Positions 1-10,073 of a stretch of DNA of 64,000 nucleotides are shown in pieces. The first letter of the stretch is position 1, and every line of letters begins with the position of its first letter. A model generated the notes under the pieces. It had not been told where the DNA came from, searched no databases, and worked only from the letters and a program-made list of their open reading frames with translations. Both the position numbers and the translations under genes were made by a program. Origin of the DNA: Candidatus Poribacteria bacterium (lineage in GTDB: Bacteria; Poribacteria; WGA-4E; PCPOR2b); NCBI GenBank assembly GCA_965218095.1, contig OZ244587.1, forward strand, positions 1,632,001 to 1,696,000, in the 5' to 3' direction.

Positions 1-456
1 CGGTTGATGGACCTCAACCTCAAAGGCATGTTTCTCACAATCAAGCATGTCCTGCCCGTGATGCGAGCCCAGAGGTCCGGGGTGATTATCAATATCTCCT
101 CAACCGCGTCTCTCTGCACGCGACCGACCATGATCGCTTACAAAACCGCCAAGGCTGGGGTCAATGCGATGACGCAAAACCTCGCTATTGAAAATGGTGA
201 ATATGGTGTACGCATCAACGCGATTTTACCCGGATTAATGGATACGCCCATGGCGATTGAACGACGGGCGAAAGAGCGGGGCGTTGACCGGGAAACCGTT
301 CGTCGGGAGCGGGACGCAGAGGTGCCGCTTGGCCGAAAGATGGGCACCGGCTGGGATGTCGCGGCTGCGGCTGCATTCCTCGCGTCCGATGAGGCGCGGT
401 ACATTACAGGGGTCCTTTTACCCGTTGATGGCGGCTTGAGTGCACGGGTCGGATGA
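1..456 (+). CDS. SDR family oxidoreductase, 5'-truncated by window edge
   Basis: NISS strand, catalytic YKTAK (YxxxK), INAILPG, C-terminal YITGVLLPVDGG. Confidence 0.9.
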   Translation, partial: RLMDLNLKGMFLTIKHVLPVMRAQRSGVIINISSTASLCTRPTMIAYKTAKAGVNAMTQNLAIENGEYGVRINAILPGLMDTPMAIERRAKERGVDRETVRRERDAEVPLGRKMGTGWDVAAAAAFLASDEARYITGVLLPVDGGLSARVG

Positions 457-569
457 AGAGGTCATCCCTATCCTGGGTAAATTGGGCAGAACTGCGATGT
501 GTCGTTAGCTTGACAAGCGATCGATAGACTGGCTACTGGTCGCTTTGATGAGAAGGTAGGCCGATTAGG

Positions 570-3434
570 TTATTTAGGCAAAAACCTCATAACTGCATTC
601 GTGGAGGGTGTGAACTCCCACAGCAGAATCGTGCCGTCCTTACTCCCACTTGCCAACGTGCGGGCATTCGGTGAAAACGCGACAGAATTGACCTCACCCG
701 TATGTCCTTCAAGGGTTACTTTGTGTTTGCCGGTGGCTGCATCCCATAACCGAATTGTATTGTCCTTACTTCCACTCGCTAGTGTGCTTCCATCCGGGGA
801 GAACGCGACGGAATTAACCCAATCCGTATGTCCCTCAAGAGTCTGCTTGTGTTTGCCAGTGCTGATCTCCCACAACCAAATCTCCTCCCCTCTCTCACTA
901 GCAAGCGTTTTGCCATCCGGAGAAAACGCCAGGAAGCGGATATTACCCATATGCCCGAAAAGGGTTCCTTTATGCTGTCCAGTGCCCGCGTCCCACAACC
1001 GAATCGTCTCGTCCTGACTTCCACTCGCTAGTGTTTTGCCATCCGGTGAGTACGCCATGGAGCAGATATCATCGGTATGTCCCTCAAGGGTTGCCTTGTG
1101 TCGGCCGGTGCCCGCGTCCCACAACCGAATCGTGCTGTCCTCACTCCCAATTGCTAGTGTTTTGCCATCCGGTGAGTACGCCATGGAGCGGATATCATCG
1201 GTATGTCCCTCAAGGGTTGCCTTGTGTCGGCCGGCACTCCACAACCCGATAACCCCCCACAACCGAATCGTCTCGTCCCAACTCCCACTGGCAAGTGTGC
1301 TGCCATCCGGAGAAAATGCTACCGACAGGACCCCTCCCGTATGCCCCTCAAGGGTTGCCTTGTGCCATCCGGCACTCCACAACCCGATAACCCTAACCCC
1401 CCACAACCGAATCGTCTCGTCCCAACTCCCACTGGCAAGCGTGTTGCCATCCGGAGAAAATGCTACCGACAAGACACCATCCGTATGTCCCTCAAGGGTT
1501 GCCTTGCGCCGTTGGCTCCCAACCCGCCACCACTCGATGACAACCTCCCACAATCGAGTAGTGCTGTCTTCACTCCCACTAGCAAGCGTTTTGCTATCCG
1601 GAGAGAACGCCAGGGAACTGACATCACCCGTATGTCCCTCAAGGATTGCCTTGGGCCGTTGACGCCATCCGATGCCAGCCCGCCCAACCTTCCACAACCG
1701 AATGGTGCCGTCTTCACTCCCACTAGCAAGCATTTTGCCATCCGGAGAGAACGCCAGGGAACTGGCACTCATATGCCCGAAAAGGGTTCCCTTACGATGT
1801 CCAGTGCCTGCGTCCCACAACTGAATCTCGTCCCGACTGCCACTAGCAAGCATTTTGCCATCCGGAGAGAACACCAGGGAACTGGCACCCATATGCCCGA
1901 AAAGGGTTCCCTTATGATGTCCAGTGCCTGCGTCCCACAACCGAATCTCGTCCCAACTGCCACTAGCAAGCGTTTTGCCATCCGGAGAAAATGCTACCGA
2001 CAAGACATCATCCATATGCCCCTCAAGGGTCGCCTTGTGCTGTCCGGTGTCCGCGTCCCACAACCAAATTGTGCCGTTTTGGCTCCCACTCACTAGCGTT
2101 TTACCATCCGGTGAGTACGCGACAGAACTGACACGCCCTATACACACTCTAAGTGTTCCCTTATGTTGGCCGGTGCCCGCGTCCCATAACTGAATCTGTT
2201 CACTATCCCTACTGGCAAGCATTTTGCCATCCGGAGAAAACACTGCACTCGTATACCCTTCAAGGATTGCCTTGTGTCCTCCGGTTCTCGCGTCCCATAA
2301 CCGAATCTTGTCCCAACTGCCACTAGCAAGCGTTTTGCCATCCGGAGAAAATGCTACCGACAAGACATCATCCATATGCCCCTCAAGGGTTAGCTTGTGC
2401 TGTCCATTGTCCGCATCCCACAATAGAATCTCTCTACTATCCCCACTGGCAAGCGTGTTGCCATCCGGAGAAAACACCAGGGAATTGACCTTCTCCGTAT
2501 GTCCCTCAAGGGTTACCTTGTGTTTGCCGGTGTCCGCGTCCCACAACCGAATCGTGCCGTCCTCACTCCCACTGGCAAGCATGTTGCCGGCCGGGGAAAA
2601 CGCTAGAGAATTAATCTCCCTCGTATGCCCCTCAAGGGTTGCCTTGTGTTTGCCGGCGTCCGCGTCCCACAACTGAAGCTCGTACCAACTCTTACTAGCA
2701 AGCGTTTTACCATCCGGGGAAAACGCCAAGGAATTGACCTCCTCCGTATGTCCCTCAAGGGTTGCCTTGTGTTTGCCGGTGTCCGTGTCCCACAATAGAA
2801 TCTCTCTACTATCCCCACTGGCAAGCGTGTTGCCGGCCGGGGAAAACGCTAGAGAATTGACATCCTCCGTATGTCCCTCAAGGGTTGCCTTGTGTTTGCC
2901 GGTGTCCGTGTCCCACAATAGAATCTCTCTACTATCCCCACTGGCAAGCGTGTTGCCGGCCGGGGAAAACGCTAGAGAATTGATCTTCCTCGTATGTCCC
3001 TCAAGGGTTGCCTTGTGTTTGCCGGTGTCTGCGTCCCACAACCAAATTTCTTTACTATTCCCAGTGGCAAGCGTTTTACCATCCGGAGAAAACGCTATCG
3101 ATAGGACATCATCCATATGTCCTTCAAGAGTTGCCTTGTGTCTGCCGGTGCTTGCATCCCACAACCGAATCGTGCCGCCCGTACTCCTACTGGCAAGCGT
3201 GTTGCCATCCGGAGAAAACGCGACGAAACTGACATTACCCCTATGTCCTCCAAGAGTCCACTTGTATCGGCCGGTGTGCACATCATAGAGCCAAATGCCA
3301 ATATTACTTGCCACCGCAAGCTGAGCGCCATCTGGCGAATACGCGATATTACCAGATATCTCATTTTCACCGAGGCGTGCTTTGGCACCTTCGGGCAAAC
3401 CCCATGATGAGTATTCGTATGTGTTCTCTACCAT
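570..3434 (-). CDS. WD40-repeat protein (about 21-22 repeats)
   Basis: Tandem LEGHTxxVxSxAFSPDGxTLASGSxDxTIRLWD units; N-terminal LPEGAKARLG...IAYSPDG cap. Confidence 0.95.
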   Translation of the reverse strand: MVENTYEYSSWGLPEGAKARLGENEISGNIAYSPDGAQLAVASNIGIWLYDVHTGRYKWTLGGHRGNVSFVAFSPDGNTLASRSTGGTIRLWDASTGRHKATLEGHMDDVLSIAFSPDGKTLATGNSKEIWLWDADTGKHKATLEGHTRKINSLAFSPAGNTLASGDSREILLWDTDTGKHKATLEGHTEDVNSLAFSPAGNTLASGDSREILLWDTDTGKHKATLEGHTEEVNSLAFSPDGKTLASKSWYELQLWDADAGKHKATLEGHTREINSLAFSPAGNMLASGSEDGTIRLWDADTGKHKVTLEGHTEKVNSLVFSPDGNTLASGDSREILLWDADNGQHKLTLEGHMDDVLSVAFSPDGKTLASGSWDKIRLWDARTGGHKAILEGYTSAVFSPDGKMLASRDSEQIQLWDAGTGQHKGTLRVCIGRVSSVAYSPDGKTLVSGSQNGTIWLWDADTGQHKATLEGHMDDVLSVAFSPDGKTLASGSWDEIRLWDAGTGHHKGTLFGHMGASSLVFSPDGKMLASGSRDEIQLWDAGTGHRKGTLFGHMSASSLAFSPDGKMLASGSEDGTIRLWKVGRAGIGWRQRPKAILEGHTGDVSSLAFSPDSKTLASGSEDSTTRLWEVVIEWWRVGSQRRKATLEGHTDGVLSVAFSPDGNTLASGSWDETIRLWGVRVIGLWSAGWHKATLEGHTGGVLSVAFSPDGSTLASGSWDETIRLWGVIGLWSAGRHKATLEGHTDDIRSMAYSPDGKTLAIGSEDSTIRLWDAGTGRHKATLEGHTDDICSMAYSPDGKTLASGSQDETIRLWDAGTGQHKGTLFGHMGNIRFLAFSPDGKTLASERGEEIWLWEISTGKHKQTLEGHTDWVNSVAFSPDGSTLASGSKDNTIRLWDAATGKHKVTLEGHTGEVNSVAFSPNARTLASGSKDGTILLWEFTPSTNAVMRFLPK

Positions 3435-3777
3435 ATCAATCCATTTGCCTCAACTTTGATTTATCGGATAAAATGTCATAAAAATCAAGGTTCTGACATG
3501 CACTTTCACAATCAACAAGATATCATTTTCGTTCATGCTTTGTTAATTGCATATTATACTCTCGTACAATTTGAACTTCAACCCTTTTTGTTGGAGTGAC
3601 TTGTCTCTCCATAATTTGGGTGGGAGGGGGCTGTTTAGATGCACAGTTCTGATGTAACCCGCACCAAGCCCCCCGCTCCTACGTTTCCGCGCAATCTGTT
3701 ATCCTGAGAATCCTTTAATCCAGTGAATCCTGATTCAGACAATTTCCCAATCTTTTCAACTTCCCCTAAATTTTCAC

Positions 3778-3806
3778 TTGACCTACTTTTCCTCCAGTGC
3801 TATGAT
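3778..3806 (+). promoter_or_regulatory. sigma70-type promoter upstream of SDR
   Basis: TTGACC-N17-TATGAT with extended -10 TG. Confidence 0.6.
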
Positions 3807-3939
3807 AGAAACACAATATCCGATATTTTCAAGTGTGAAGGACAGTGCGAGCACAGTTCGTCATGCTGCCGGTGTCTGATTTAGACCAACCCCAAGACGG
3901 GGTATCCAATCCATATAATAGAATTAGGAGATATGACAG

Positions 3940-4692
3940 ATGAGTACAAAGGTTGCTATCGTTACAGGAGCGGGTTCTAACATTGGCCAGCGAACGGCGC
4001 TCGCGCTGCTACGCGAAGGGTATTCCGTTGCGCTGGCTGGACGTCGGGCGGAAGCTTTAGAGGAAACGGCTAAGGAAGCGAGGGAAGCCCGCTCACGAAC
4101 ATTAGTTGTGCCCACAGATGTGACAGATCCCGCTTCCATTCGAGCCTTGTTCGCCAAGACGAAGGAGACCTTTGGCAGGCTCGACGTGCTGTTTAATAAT
4201 GCAGGAATCGGTGCACCGGGCATCCCCCTGGAAGACTTGACCTACGAGCAGTGGAAAGCAGTCGTGGACACCAACCTGACCGGCTCATTTCTGTGCACGC
4301 AAGAAGCGTTCAAGATTATGAAGAGCCAAGACCCCAGAGGGGGACGCATCATCAATAACGGCTCCGTATCAGCACATGCACCGCGCGTCAACTCCGCCCC
4401 CTACGCCTCCACCAAACACGCGCTGACCGGGCTAACGAAGGCGACATCTCTTGATGGACGCAAATACGATATCGCGTGTGGACAAATTGACATCGGCAAT
4501 GCGTCGATCGACGCCGCCCAGAAAACGGATGGCGGCAGCCTCCAGCCGGATGGATCTCTCATGGTTGAGGCACGAATGGACACAGATGATATTGCGCGCT
4601 CTGTCGTGTTCATGGCGAGTCTCCCACTGGAGGCAAATGTGCAGTTCATAACCGTCATGGCAACGAAGATGCCCTACATTGGGCGCGGGTGA
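3940..4692 (+). CDS. SDR family oxidoreductase
   Basis: [18 protein letters not shown]; RBS AGGAG. Confidence 0.93.
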   Translation: MSTKVAIVTGAGSNIGQRTALALLREGYSVALAGRRAEALEETAKEAREARSRTLVVPTDVTDPASIRALFAKTKETFGRLDVLFNNAGIGAPGIPLEDLTYEQWKAVVDTNLTGSFLCTQEAFKIMKSQDPRGGRIINNGSVSAHAPRVNSAPYASTKHALTGLTKATSLDGRKYDIACGQIDIGNASIDAAQKTDGGSLQPDGSLMVEARMDTDDIARSVVFMASLPLEANVQFITVMATKMPYIGRG

Positions 4693-4846
4693 TTTGAAGT
4701 TATTTCGAGTAGGTCGATTTCCCAAAATTGACATGCTAATGTCGAGATATGAATCTCGACCTACTAACTGAAATAGGCAGCAACTGGTCGTCCGTATCGG
4801 AGGCGAGGGGCTGTACGGCTACGCCCAACGATGGAGGGGGTTCACG

Positions 4847-5230
4847 ATGGATGACAAACAACAAATCCAGCAGTGGCTGGACAAGCTACGCGCCGGAACG
4901 CTGGTGGAGGAAGATTTCCAGCAGGCGTTGAACCATCTCAGTAGCCGAAGTTGCCAGAGTTCGGACAGCGACGAGGTGAAGCGACAGCGATTGCTGTATT
5001 TGCACACGCGCACCACGGGCGTAGACTCCGAGGTCCTCGGCATGGCGCTAGTAGAAAACGGTCAGGTCCTCGAAGGTCCAAAGGATCCGGACGAATGGCC
5101 GTACGATTCCGTACTCGAAGCGATGAACGATGGCTGGCGGGTGATCAAGTTCCCGGAAATGGCACTGCTGCTCCAAGAAGACAAGACGTTTGGCCTCGGC
5201 TGCGAATTTATCCTCGAAAAATTAACCTGA
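4847..5230 (+). CDS. Small hypothetical protein upstream of a PhyH gene
   Basis: RBS GGAGG; 127 aa ending PYDSVLEAMNDGWRVIKFP...EFILEKL; co-oriented with downstream operon. Confidence 0.75.
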   Translation: MDDKQQIQQWLDKLRAGTLVEEDFQQALNHLSSRSCQSSDSDEVKRQRLLYLHTRTTGVDSEVLGMALVENGQVLEGPKDPDEWPYDSVLEAMNDGWRVIKFPEMALLLQEDKTFGLGCEFILEKLT

Positions 5231-5267
5231 AACCGCGACCGTGGGTCGCGCATAAGGAATTGCACTT

Positions 5268-6170
5268 ATGAACACAATGACGTTGTCGCCGGTTGAGCCA
5301 GTCGGAATCCCACGCAGCGAGACAACGATAGGACAGACCTACGATTGTGAACCGACGCTGACCGACCAGCAGGTGTTCGAATTTTGCCGCAACGGTTACA
5401 TGCTGCTCGAAGGCGTGGTCGAAAACGAGGTCAATCAGCGCATGATGGAGTTCGTTGGAGAGCACCCGGAACACCAACCACTCGAACTGCTGACCGAAGA
5501 CTGGTTTGTCGATGGCGTATTCAAAAACCCGCAGGCGGCGGGCGCCGTCAGATCGTTGCTCGGCAAAAACTTCAAGCTGCCCCAGACGCTGTGTAATCAC
5601 CGTGCCCAATGTCCGGCACCGCCCCAAGGGTGGCATCGCGATGGCGGATCAATTTACACCCCACGCTTGGACTACCTGCAAGTGTTCTATTATCCACAGG
5701 ACACGCCGAAGGAGACGGGCCCGACCGAGGTGATTCCCGGTTCGCACTTTATTCGTACCAAAGCCAACTACATGGGGCACCTACGCAGTGTGAAGCTCGC
5801 CGAATCGACCACCGCACCGGCGGGCTCTATCTTCATCACTGTTTATTCAATATGGCACCGCAAAGGCAGGAGCACCGTTCAGGGCTTCCGTAACCTGTTC
5901 AAATACAACTACTGGCGGACGGCCGAACCGTGCCGTGATTGGATAGTCGACCCCGATTTCGACTTTTCCTGGCCCAGCTTTCACGGCGAACCCCACTTCG
6001 AACAGTTCAAGTGTGGCATCGCCGCGGCTGAAATGTTCTGCTGGCTGTGCAGCGAAGACTACCAACACACCGGCGGTTCGGGCTGGCCATGTGAAGCCCC
6101 GGTCAAACCGCCGTGCGACCAAGAGGGGTTGCCGAGAGGACTCCGCCGATATTCGGAGGCACAGCTATGA
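5268..6170 (+). CDS. Phytanoyl-CoA dioxygenase (PhyH) family protein
   Basis: GWHRDG (HxD), GPTEVIPGSH, IWH distal His. Confidence 0.88.
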   Translation: MNTMTLSPVEPVGIPRSETTIGQTYDCEPTLTDQQVFEFCRNGYMLLEGVVENEVNQRMMEFVGEHPEHQPLELLTEDWFVDGVFKNPQAAGAVRSLLGKNFKLPQTLCNHRAQCPAPPQGWHRDGGSIYTPRLDYLQVFYYPQDTPKETGPTEVIPGSHFIRTKANYMGHLRSVKLAESTTAPAGSIFITVYSIWHRKGRSTVQGFRNLFKYNYWRTAEPCRDWIVDPDFDFSWPSFHGEPHFEQFKCGIAAAEMFCWLCSEDYQHTGGSGWPCEAPVKPPCDQEGLPRGLRRYSEAQL

Positions 6171-7051
6171 AAATCGGGTTTATCGGTATTGGACGCATGG
6201 GACGCTTTATGGCACGAAATCTGGTAAAAGGCGGCCACGATTTGACCGTGTTTGACGCACACAAGGCAGCGGCTGAAGAATTGTTGGCACAGGGAGCGTC
6301 ATGGGCGGATAGCCCGGCTGCCGTGGCAGAAGCGAGTCAGGTCGTCTTTACCGCGTTGCCTCGACCCCAAGATGTGGAGGTGGTCGCCAGAGGCGATTGC
6401 GGTATCTTCAGCGGCGCGGCGCCTGACTCGGCTTTCTTCGACCTGAGCACCACTGATCCGGATACCATCCACCGGATAGCCGCCACCGCAGCGCCCAAAG
6501 GCATCCATGTGATGGACGCGCCGGTTAGCGGTGGCGTAATCGGCGCCGAGCAGGCGACGTTGTGTGTCATGGTTGGGGGCAACCGGTCCGTCTATGAGCA
6601 TTACAAGCCTGTCCTTGAACTGATTGGGGAGAAGGTCATTTACTGTGGAGAATTGGGTGCCGGGGCGGTATGCAAGATCGCCAATAACCTGATCAACCTC
6701 GGCAATTACATCTTAGTATCCGAAGCGTTGACGCTAGGTATCAAAGCCGGCGTCGAGACGGAGACCCTGTTTGAAGCAATCTCTCACAGCTCCGGTAATA
6801 CCGAGTGTATGCAGGAATTCCCTACAGGGCTGTTTCAAGGCAAATTTGAGCCGGGATTTCAGTTAGACCTGGGTGCGAAAGACATCGGCTTGGCGACAGA
6901 GATGGGGCGCCAATTGCGCCTACCAATGGAGTTAGCCAACATCATCGAACAGCGTTTCATCGAAGCGAGAAACCGAGGTTGGGGACAACTTTCGGCGGTA
7001 TCGGTGGCGCGTCTTCAGGAAGAGCGGGCAGACGTAGAGATTCGCGTGTGA
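6167..7051 (+). CDS. NAD(P)-dependent beta-hydroxyacid dehydrogenase (3-hydroxyisobutyrate/tartronate semialdehyde reductase family)
   Basis: IGFIGIGRMG, DAPVSGG, CKIANN; ATGA overlap with upstream stop. Confidence 0.92.
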   Translation: MKIGFIGIGRMGRFMARNLVKGGHDLTVFDAHKAAAEELLAQGASWADSPAAVAEASQVVFTALPRPQDVEVVARGDCGIFSGAAPDSAFFDLSTTDPDTIHRIAATAAPKGIHVMDAPVSGGVIGAEQATLCVMVGGNRSVYEHYKPVLELIGEKVIYCGELGAGAVCKIANNLINLGNYILVSEALTLGIKAGVETETLFEAISHSSGNTECMQEFPTGLFQGKFEPGFQLDLGAKDIGLATEMGRQLRLPMELANIIEQRFIEARNRGWGQLSAVSVARLQEERADVEIRV

Positions 7052-7291
7052 CCGTGGGGATGGTGTGCTATCACACAATGCATGAGAAATCCATCTGTTG
7101 GCGATTGAAACCACTCGGTATGTGGCGTAAAACGTAAGCCGGGCGATTTTTTTACGTTTCACAGCCTGACCTCAATGCGTCAGGGTTTCACACATGGATG
7201 GAGTTACAGTAAGAATTCTCAAGGATATTAGCTATAGGACACCATCCCGACTTGATATTGCGAAAAAGACTTGAGTTATACGAGGTGAATT

Positions 7292-8359
7292 ATGAAGATT
7301 GGTACATTTATGATGCCGCTGCATCCGCCGGAAAAGGATCGGACGCAGACTTTCGAAGAGGACGCGGAGTGCGTCATTTGGGCAGATGAACTGGGCTTCA
7401 GTGAAGCTTGGATTGGCCAGCACCATACCGCGGGGTGGGAGCCGATTCCCTCCAACGACGTCTTCATCGCCAACATGTTGCCGCAGACAAAAAATATTCG
7501 CTTGGGCACCGGCGTGACTATCATCACTCAGCACCACCCTGCCAACGTTGCCGTCAGACTCGCCTATCTCGACCACCTAGCGAAAGGCAGGCTCAACGTC
7601 GGTTTTGGGCAGGGCGGCGTTCCGACCGATTGGGCGTTGTTTGACCTACCCGACCCGCGGACGCAGGGGTTGATGACCCTTGAGGCGATGGACATCGTCC
7701 TCAAACTCTGGCAGGAAGATGGACCCTTCGAGTTCAAGGGCGATTACTGGAACGTTAAGCTCGACGAGAAGGTGCCCGAACTCGGGTTGGGACAGGTGCT
7801 GAAACCGTACCAGAAACCGCACCCGCCAATCGCGATGAGTATCGTCAGGGAAGAGTCGATGGCTGCCACGACGGGTGGGCAGCGGGGGTTCATTCCAATC
7901 AGCATCAACATGGCACCGCCTCACAAGGTGAAGCGGCAGTGGGAGCTCTACTGCGAAGGCGCCGCCGAAGCCGGACGCGAACCTGACCGTTCCGAATGGC
8001 GTATCTCCCGCAGCATCTTCGTCGGGGAATCGGATGCGGAAGCCAGAGCGCACGCCTTGAACGGCCCCTTCGCCGGATCGCTCGTGTACCTGCGCGGTAT
8101 GCTCACGCTTGCCGGTATGCAAGACCTGCTGAAACAGGATTCGGAGATGCCCGACGAAGCGGTTGACGCCGAGTACATCATTGACAACATCGCCATCGTC
8201 GGAGGCGTCGACACGGTAACGCGGAAGCTTCAGGAGCTCTACGATGTTACCGGCGGTTTCGGCACGGTGTTGATGATTGGCCACGACTGGGACAACAAGG
8301 CGAAGATGCGCCGGTCAATGGAACTGATGGCAAAGGAGGTCATTCCTCAGTTGCCGTGA
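7292..8359 (+). CDS. LLM-class flavin-dependent oxidoreductase (luciferase-like)
   Basis: ADELGFSEAWIGQHH, IRLGTG, HHPANVA, PYQKPHPPI. Confidence 0.92.
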   Translation: MKIGTFMMPLHPPEKDRTQTFEEDAECVIWADELGFSEAWIGQHHTAGWEPIPSNDVFIANMLPQTKNIRLGTGVTIITQHHPANVAVRLAYLDHLAKGRLNVGFGQGGVPTDWALFDLPDPRTQGLMTLEAMDIVLKLWQEDGPFEFKGDYWNVKLDEKVPELGLGQVLKPYQKPHPPIAMSIVREESMAATTGGQRGFIPISINMAPPHKVKRQWELYCEGAAEAGREPDRSEWRISRSIFVGESDAEARAHALNGPFAGSLVYLRGMLTLAGMQDLLKQDSEMPDEAVDAEYIIDNIAIVGGVDTVTRKLQELYDVTGGFGTVLMIGHDWDNKAKMRRSMELMAKEVIPQLP

Positions 8360-8362
8360 GGG

Positions 8363-8791
8363 GTGTTTGAACCGTCGTCCACGTTCAAGCAAGTAAACAA
8401 AGGAAGCGAGAACCGACTGGCGCTGTTGGCAATGCCAACCGAAGAGGATACCTTGTCGAGTCCGTCCCAGCTTGTGCCCTTCGTGCGGGCGACTGAGGGC
8501 ACGGAGTGCGTGCTGGCACCAAATGTCATGCCCCGCCACATGAGCCCCGAAGACTTCCGGCGAAACGCTGACATGCTCTATGGCGCAGGCGCGGAGCATC
8601 TCTTTTTCTGGGACTGCGCGGGCCCAGGCGGTCGAGCAAACTACCAGCCGATGTGGAACGCGCTCTGATAGCTCGGCTATCGCGAAGAAATTGCGGCGTG
8701 GGTACAGGCGGACGAGCCAGACTTTGGCGATTGGACGAAACCGCTGCTGAGGCTCGGCAATTGGGACATGACCGTCATTGCGCCAGGGTAA
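8363..8791 (+). pseudogene. C-terminal remnant of a probable glycoside hydrolase-like TIM-barrel protein
   Basis: No RBS or convincing start; LYGAGAEHLFFWD motif; reading continues past TGA-TAG at 8666-8671 as LGYREEIAAW... Confidence 0.5.
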
Positions 8792-8800
8792 CGTTGTAGC

Positions 8801-9508
8801 TCACCAGGCGGGTTTCCCCGAACTCCAATTCCAATTGTCGGGCGGCCAGACATTGGCGCCTGTGATAATATCAGCGTTGTCCTCTAGAGAAAAGCCGGGG
8901 GCATACCAGTCTTTAACCGTCTCAAGCCACCGCTCAAAATGCGGGGTTCGGAGATGGTAGTCGAAAGCCGCTCTATTGACGTAGACCTCGTACAGGTAGA
9001 GTTCGCTAGGATTCTCCTGGTTTTGGAAGACGTCAAACCGCAGACAGCCGGGCTCTTCGTTGACCGAGCCAATTGCATCCAGACACAGGGCGTCTATAAA
9101 ATCCTGCACCCAATCGGTGTTGACCAGCAATGGCGCATGTATGACGAATAACCCTCCGTTGAACGCCGCACTCTCCGCGGCAGATGAACGCGCAGCATCC
9201 CAACTGGCGTCGCCTGCGGGGAAGATGAGCCTGCACTTTGAGACCCCAATCCCCTCTGCGACCCAATCCGCGCTGGTCTCCCGCCATTTGAGAAAATGCG
9301 GCCGGCTCAAGTGATCTTCCACCGCGGCGGCATCATTATAGACTTCGCACAGACCAAGCTTTGTCGGTTCATCCACATCTTGAATGATGTCAAAGCGCCG
9401 ACAGCCGGGCTCATGCAAAACCGAACCTTCAGCATCGGCAATCATTTCGCGAATATAATCCTCCAGGTGTTGCGGTTTGACGCGTATTCTCACCATCAGA
9501 ATTTCCAT
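8801..9508 (-). CDS. Tandem two-domain ABM (putative quinol monooxygenase/LsrG-like) protein
   Basis: Two repeats of EPGCxRFD...YEVY...HLxxPHF; RBS GGAGG before ATG 9508. Confidence 0.88.
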   Translation of the reverse strand: MEILMVRIRVKPQHLEDYIREMIADAEGSVLHEPGCRRFDIIQDVDEPTKLGLCEVYNDAAAVEDHLSRPHFLKWRETSADWVAEGIGVSKCRLIFPAGDASWDAARSSAAESAAFNGGLFVIHAPLLVNTDWVQDFIDALCLDAIGSVNEEPGCLRFDVFQNQENPSELYLYEVYVNRAAFDYHLRTPHFERWLETVKDWYAPGFSLEDNADIITGANVWPPDNWNWSSGKPAW

Positions 9509-9593
9509 GATTTCCTCCCTTTCTTCAATTGAGTGGATCAAACTGTACTATATACCGTCCACCGCCAGAAATTGAATTTTTTGGAGAGCCGAT

Positions 9594-9622
9594 CCTTGCG
9601 AAGGTTTCAAACCTTCGCAAGG
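9594..9622. repeat. REP-like hairpin
   Basis: CCTTGCGAAGGTTT-C-AAACCTTCGCAAGG. Confidence 0.75.
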
Positions 9623-9651
9623 TCTCAAAGCGCAATTTCATGCGATACTAA

Positions 9652-9780
9652 GAGCCTATCTAAAAAGTCTGGGGGCAAACATCAAACCAACCCCGATTAG
9701 GACAGCGTTGGTGTCCAAAATGATGAATTTTTCGGCAATGCCCATAAACACTGAGTTAATTTGAATTATTAGATAGGCTC
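9652..9780. mobile_element. 129-bp MITE with IS5-family-like ends
   Basis: TIR GAGCCTATCTAA/TTAGATAGGCTC; TAA duplicated at 9649-9651 and 9781-9783; no ORF. Confidence 0.8.
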
Positions 9781-10073
9781 TAAGTATAAATCTTTGAGAC
9801 CTCGCATCGGAACTGGAAAATTAACATTGCAAAAGTGTCCCCGATCCATTGGGGAATTCATGGGTTCATTGAACTCTTGAACTCAGATCCTTGGTCGTTG
9901 GATCGATACGCCAAATGGGACAGATTTTCTCATACAAATTCCTGATCGATCTGGATTGGCAAATCCAGATCGGCCGTTTGATTTGCCAATCCAACGGGAG
10001 CGTGGGGAATTTCTAATTTTCTCACGAGTTTAGTGACAGTACATTCGGTAAAGATCGTATGATGCGGCGTCAA

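Noticed and set aside
601-3407. Many plus-strand ORFs with repetitive sequences
   Set aside because: Antisense shadows of the WD40 gene
570-3434. Regular ~125-bp repeats as a CRISPR array or DGR template/target
   Set aside because: They are in-frame WD40 coding units; no unique spacers, cas genes, reverse transcriptase or adenine-specific variation seen
3690-3745. AATCCT-rich short repeat
   Set aside because: Single copy in the window; likely a dispersed intergenic repeat with no further evidence
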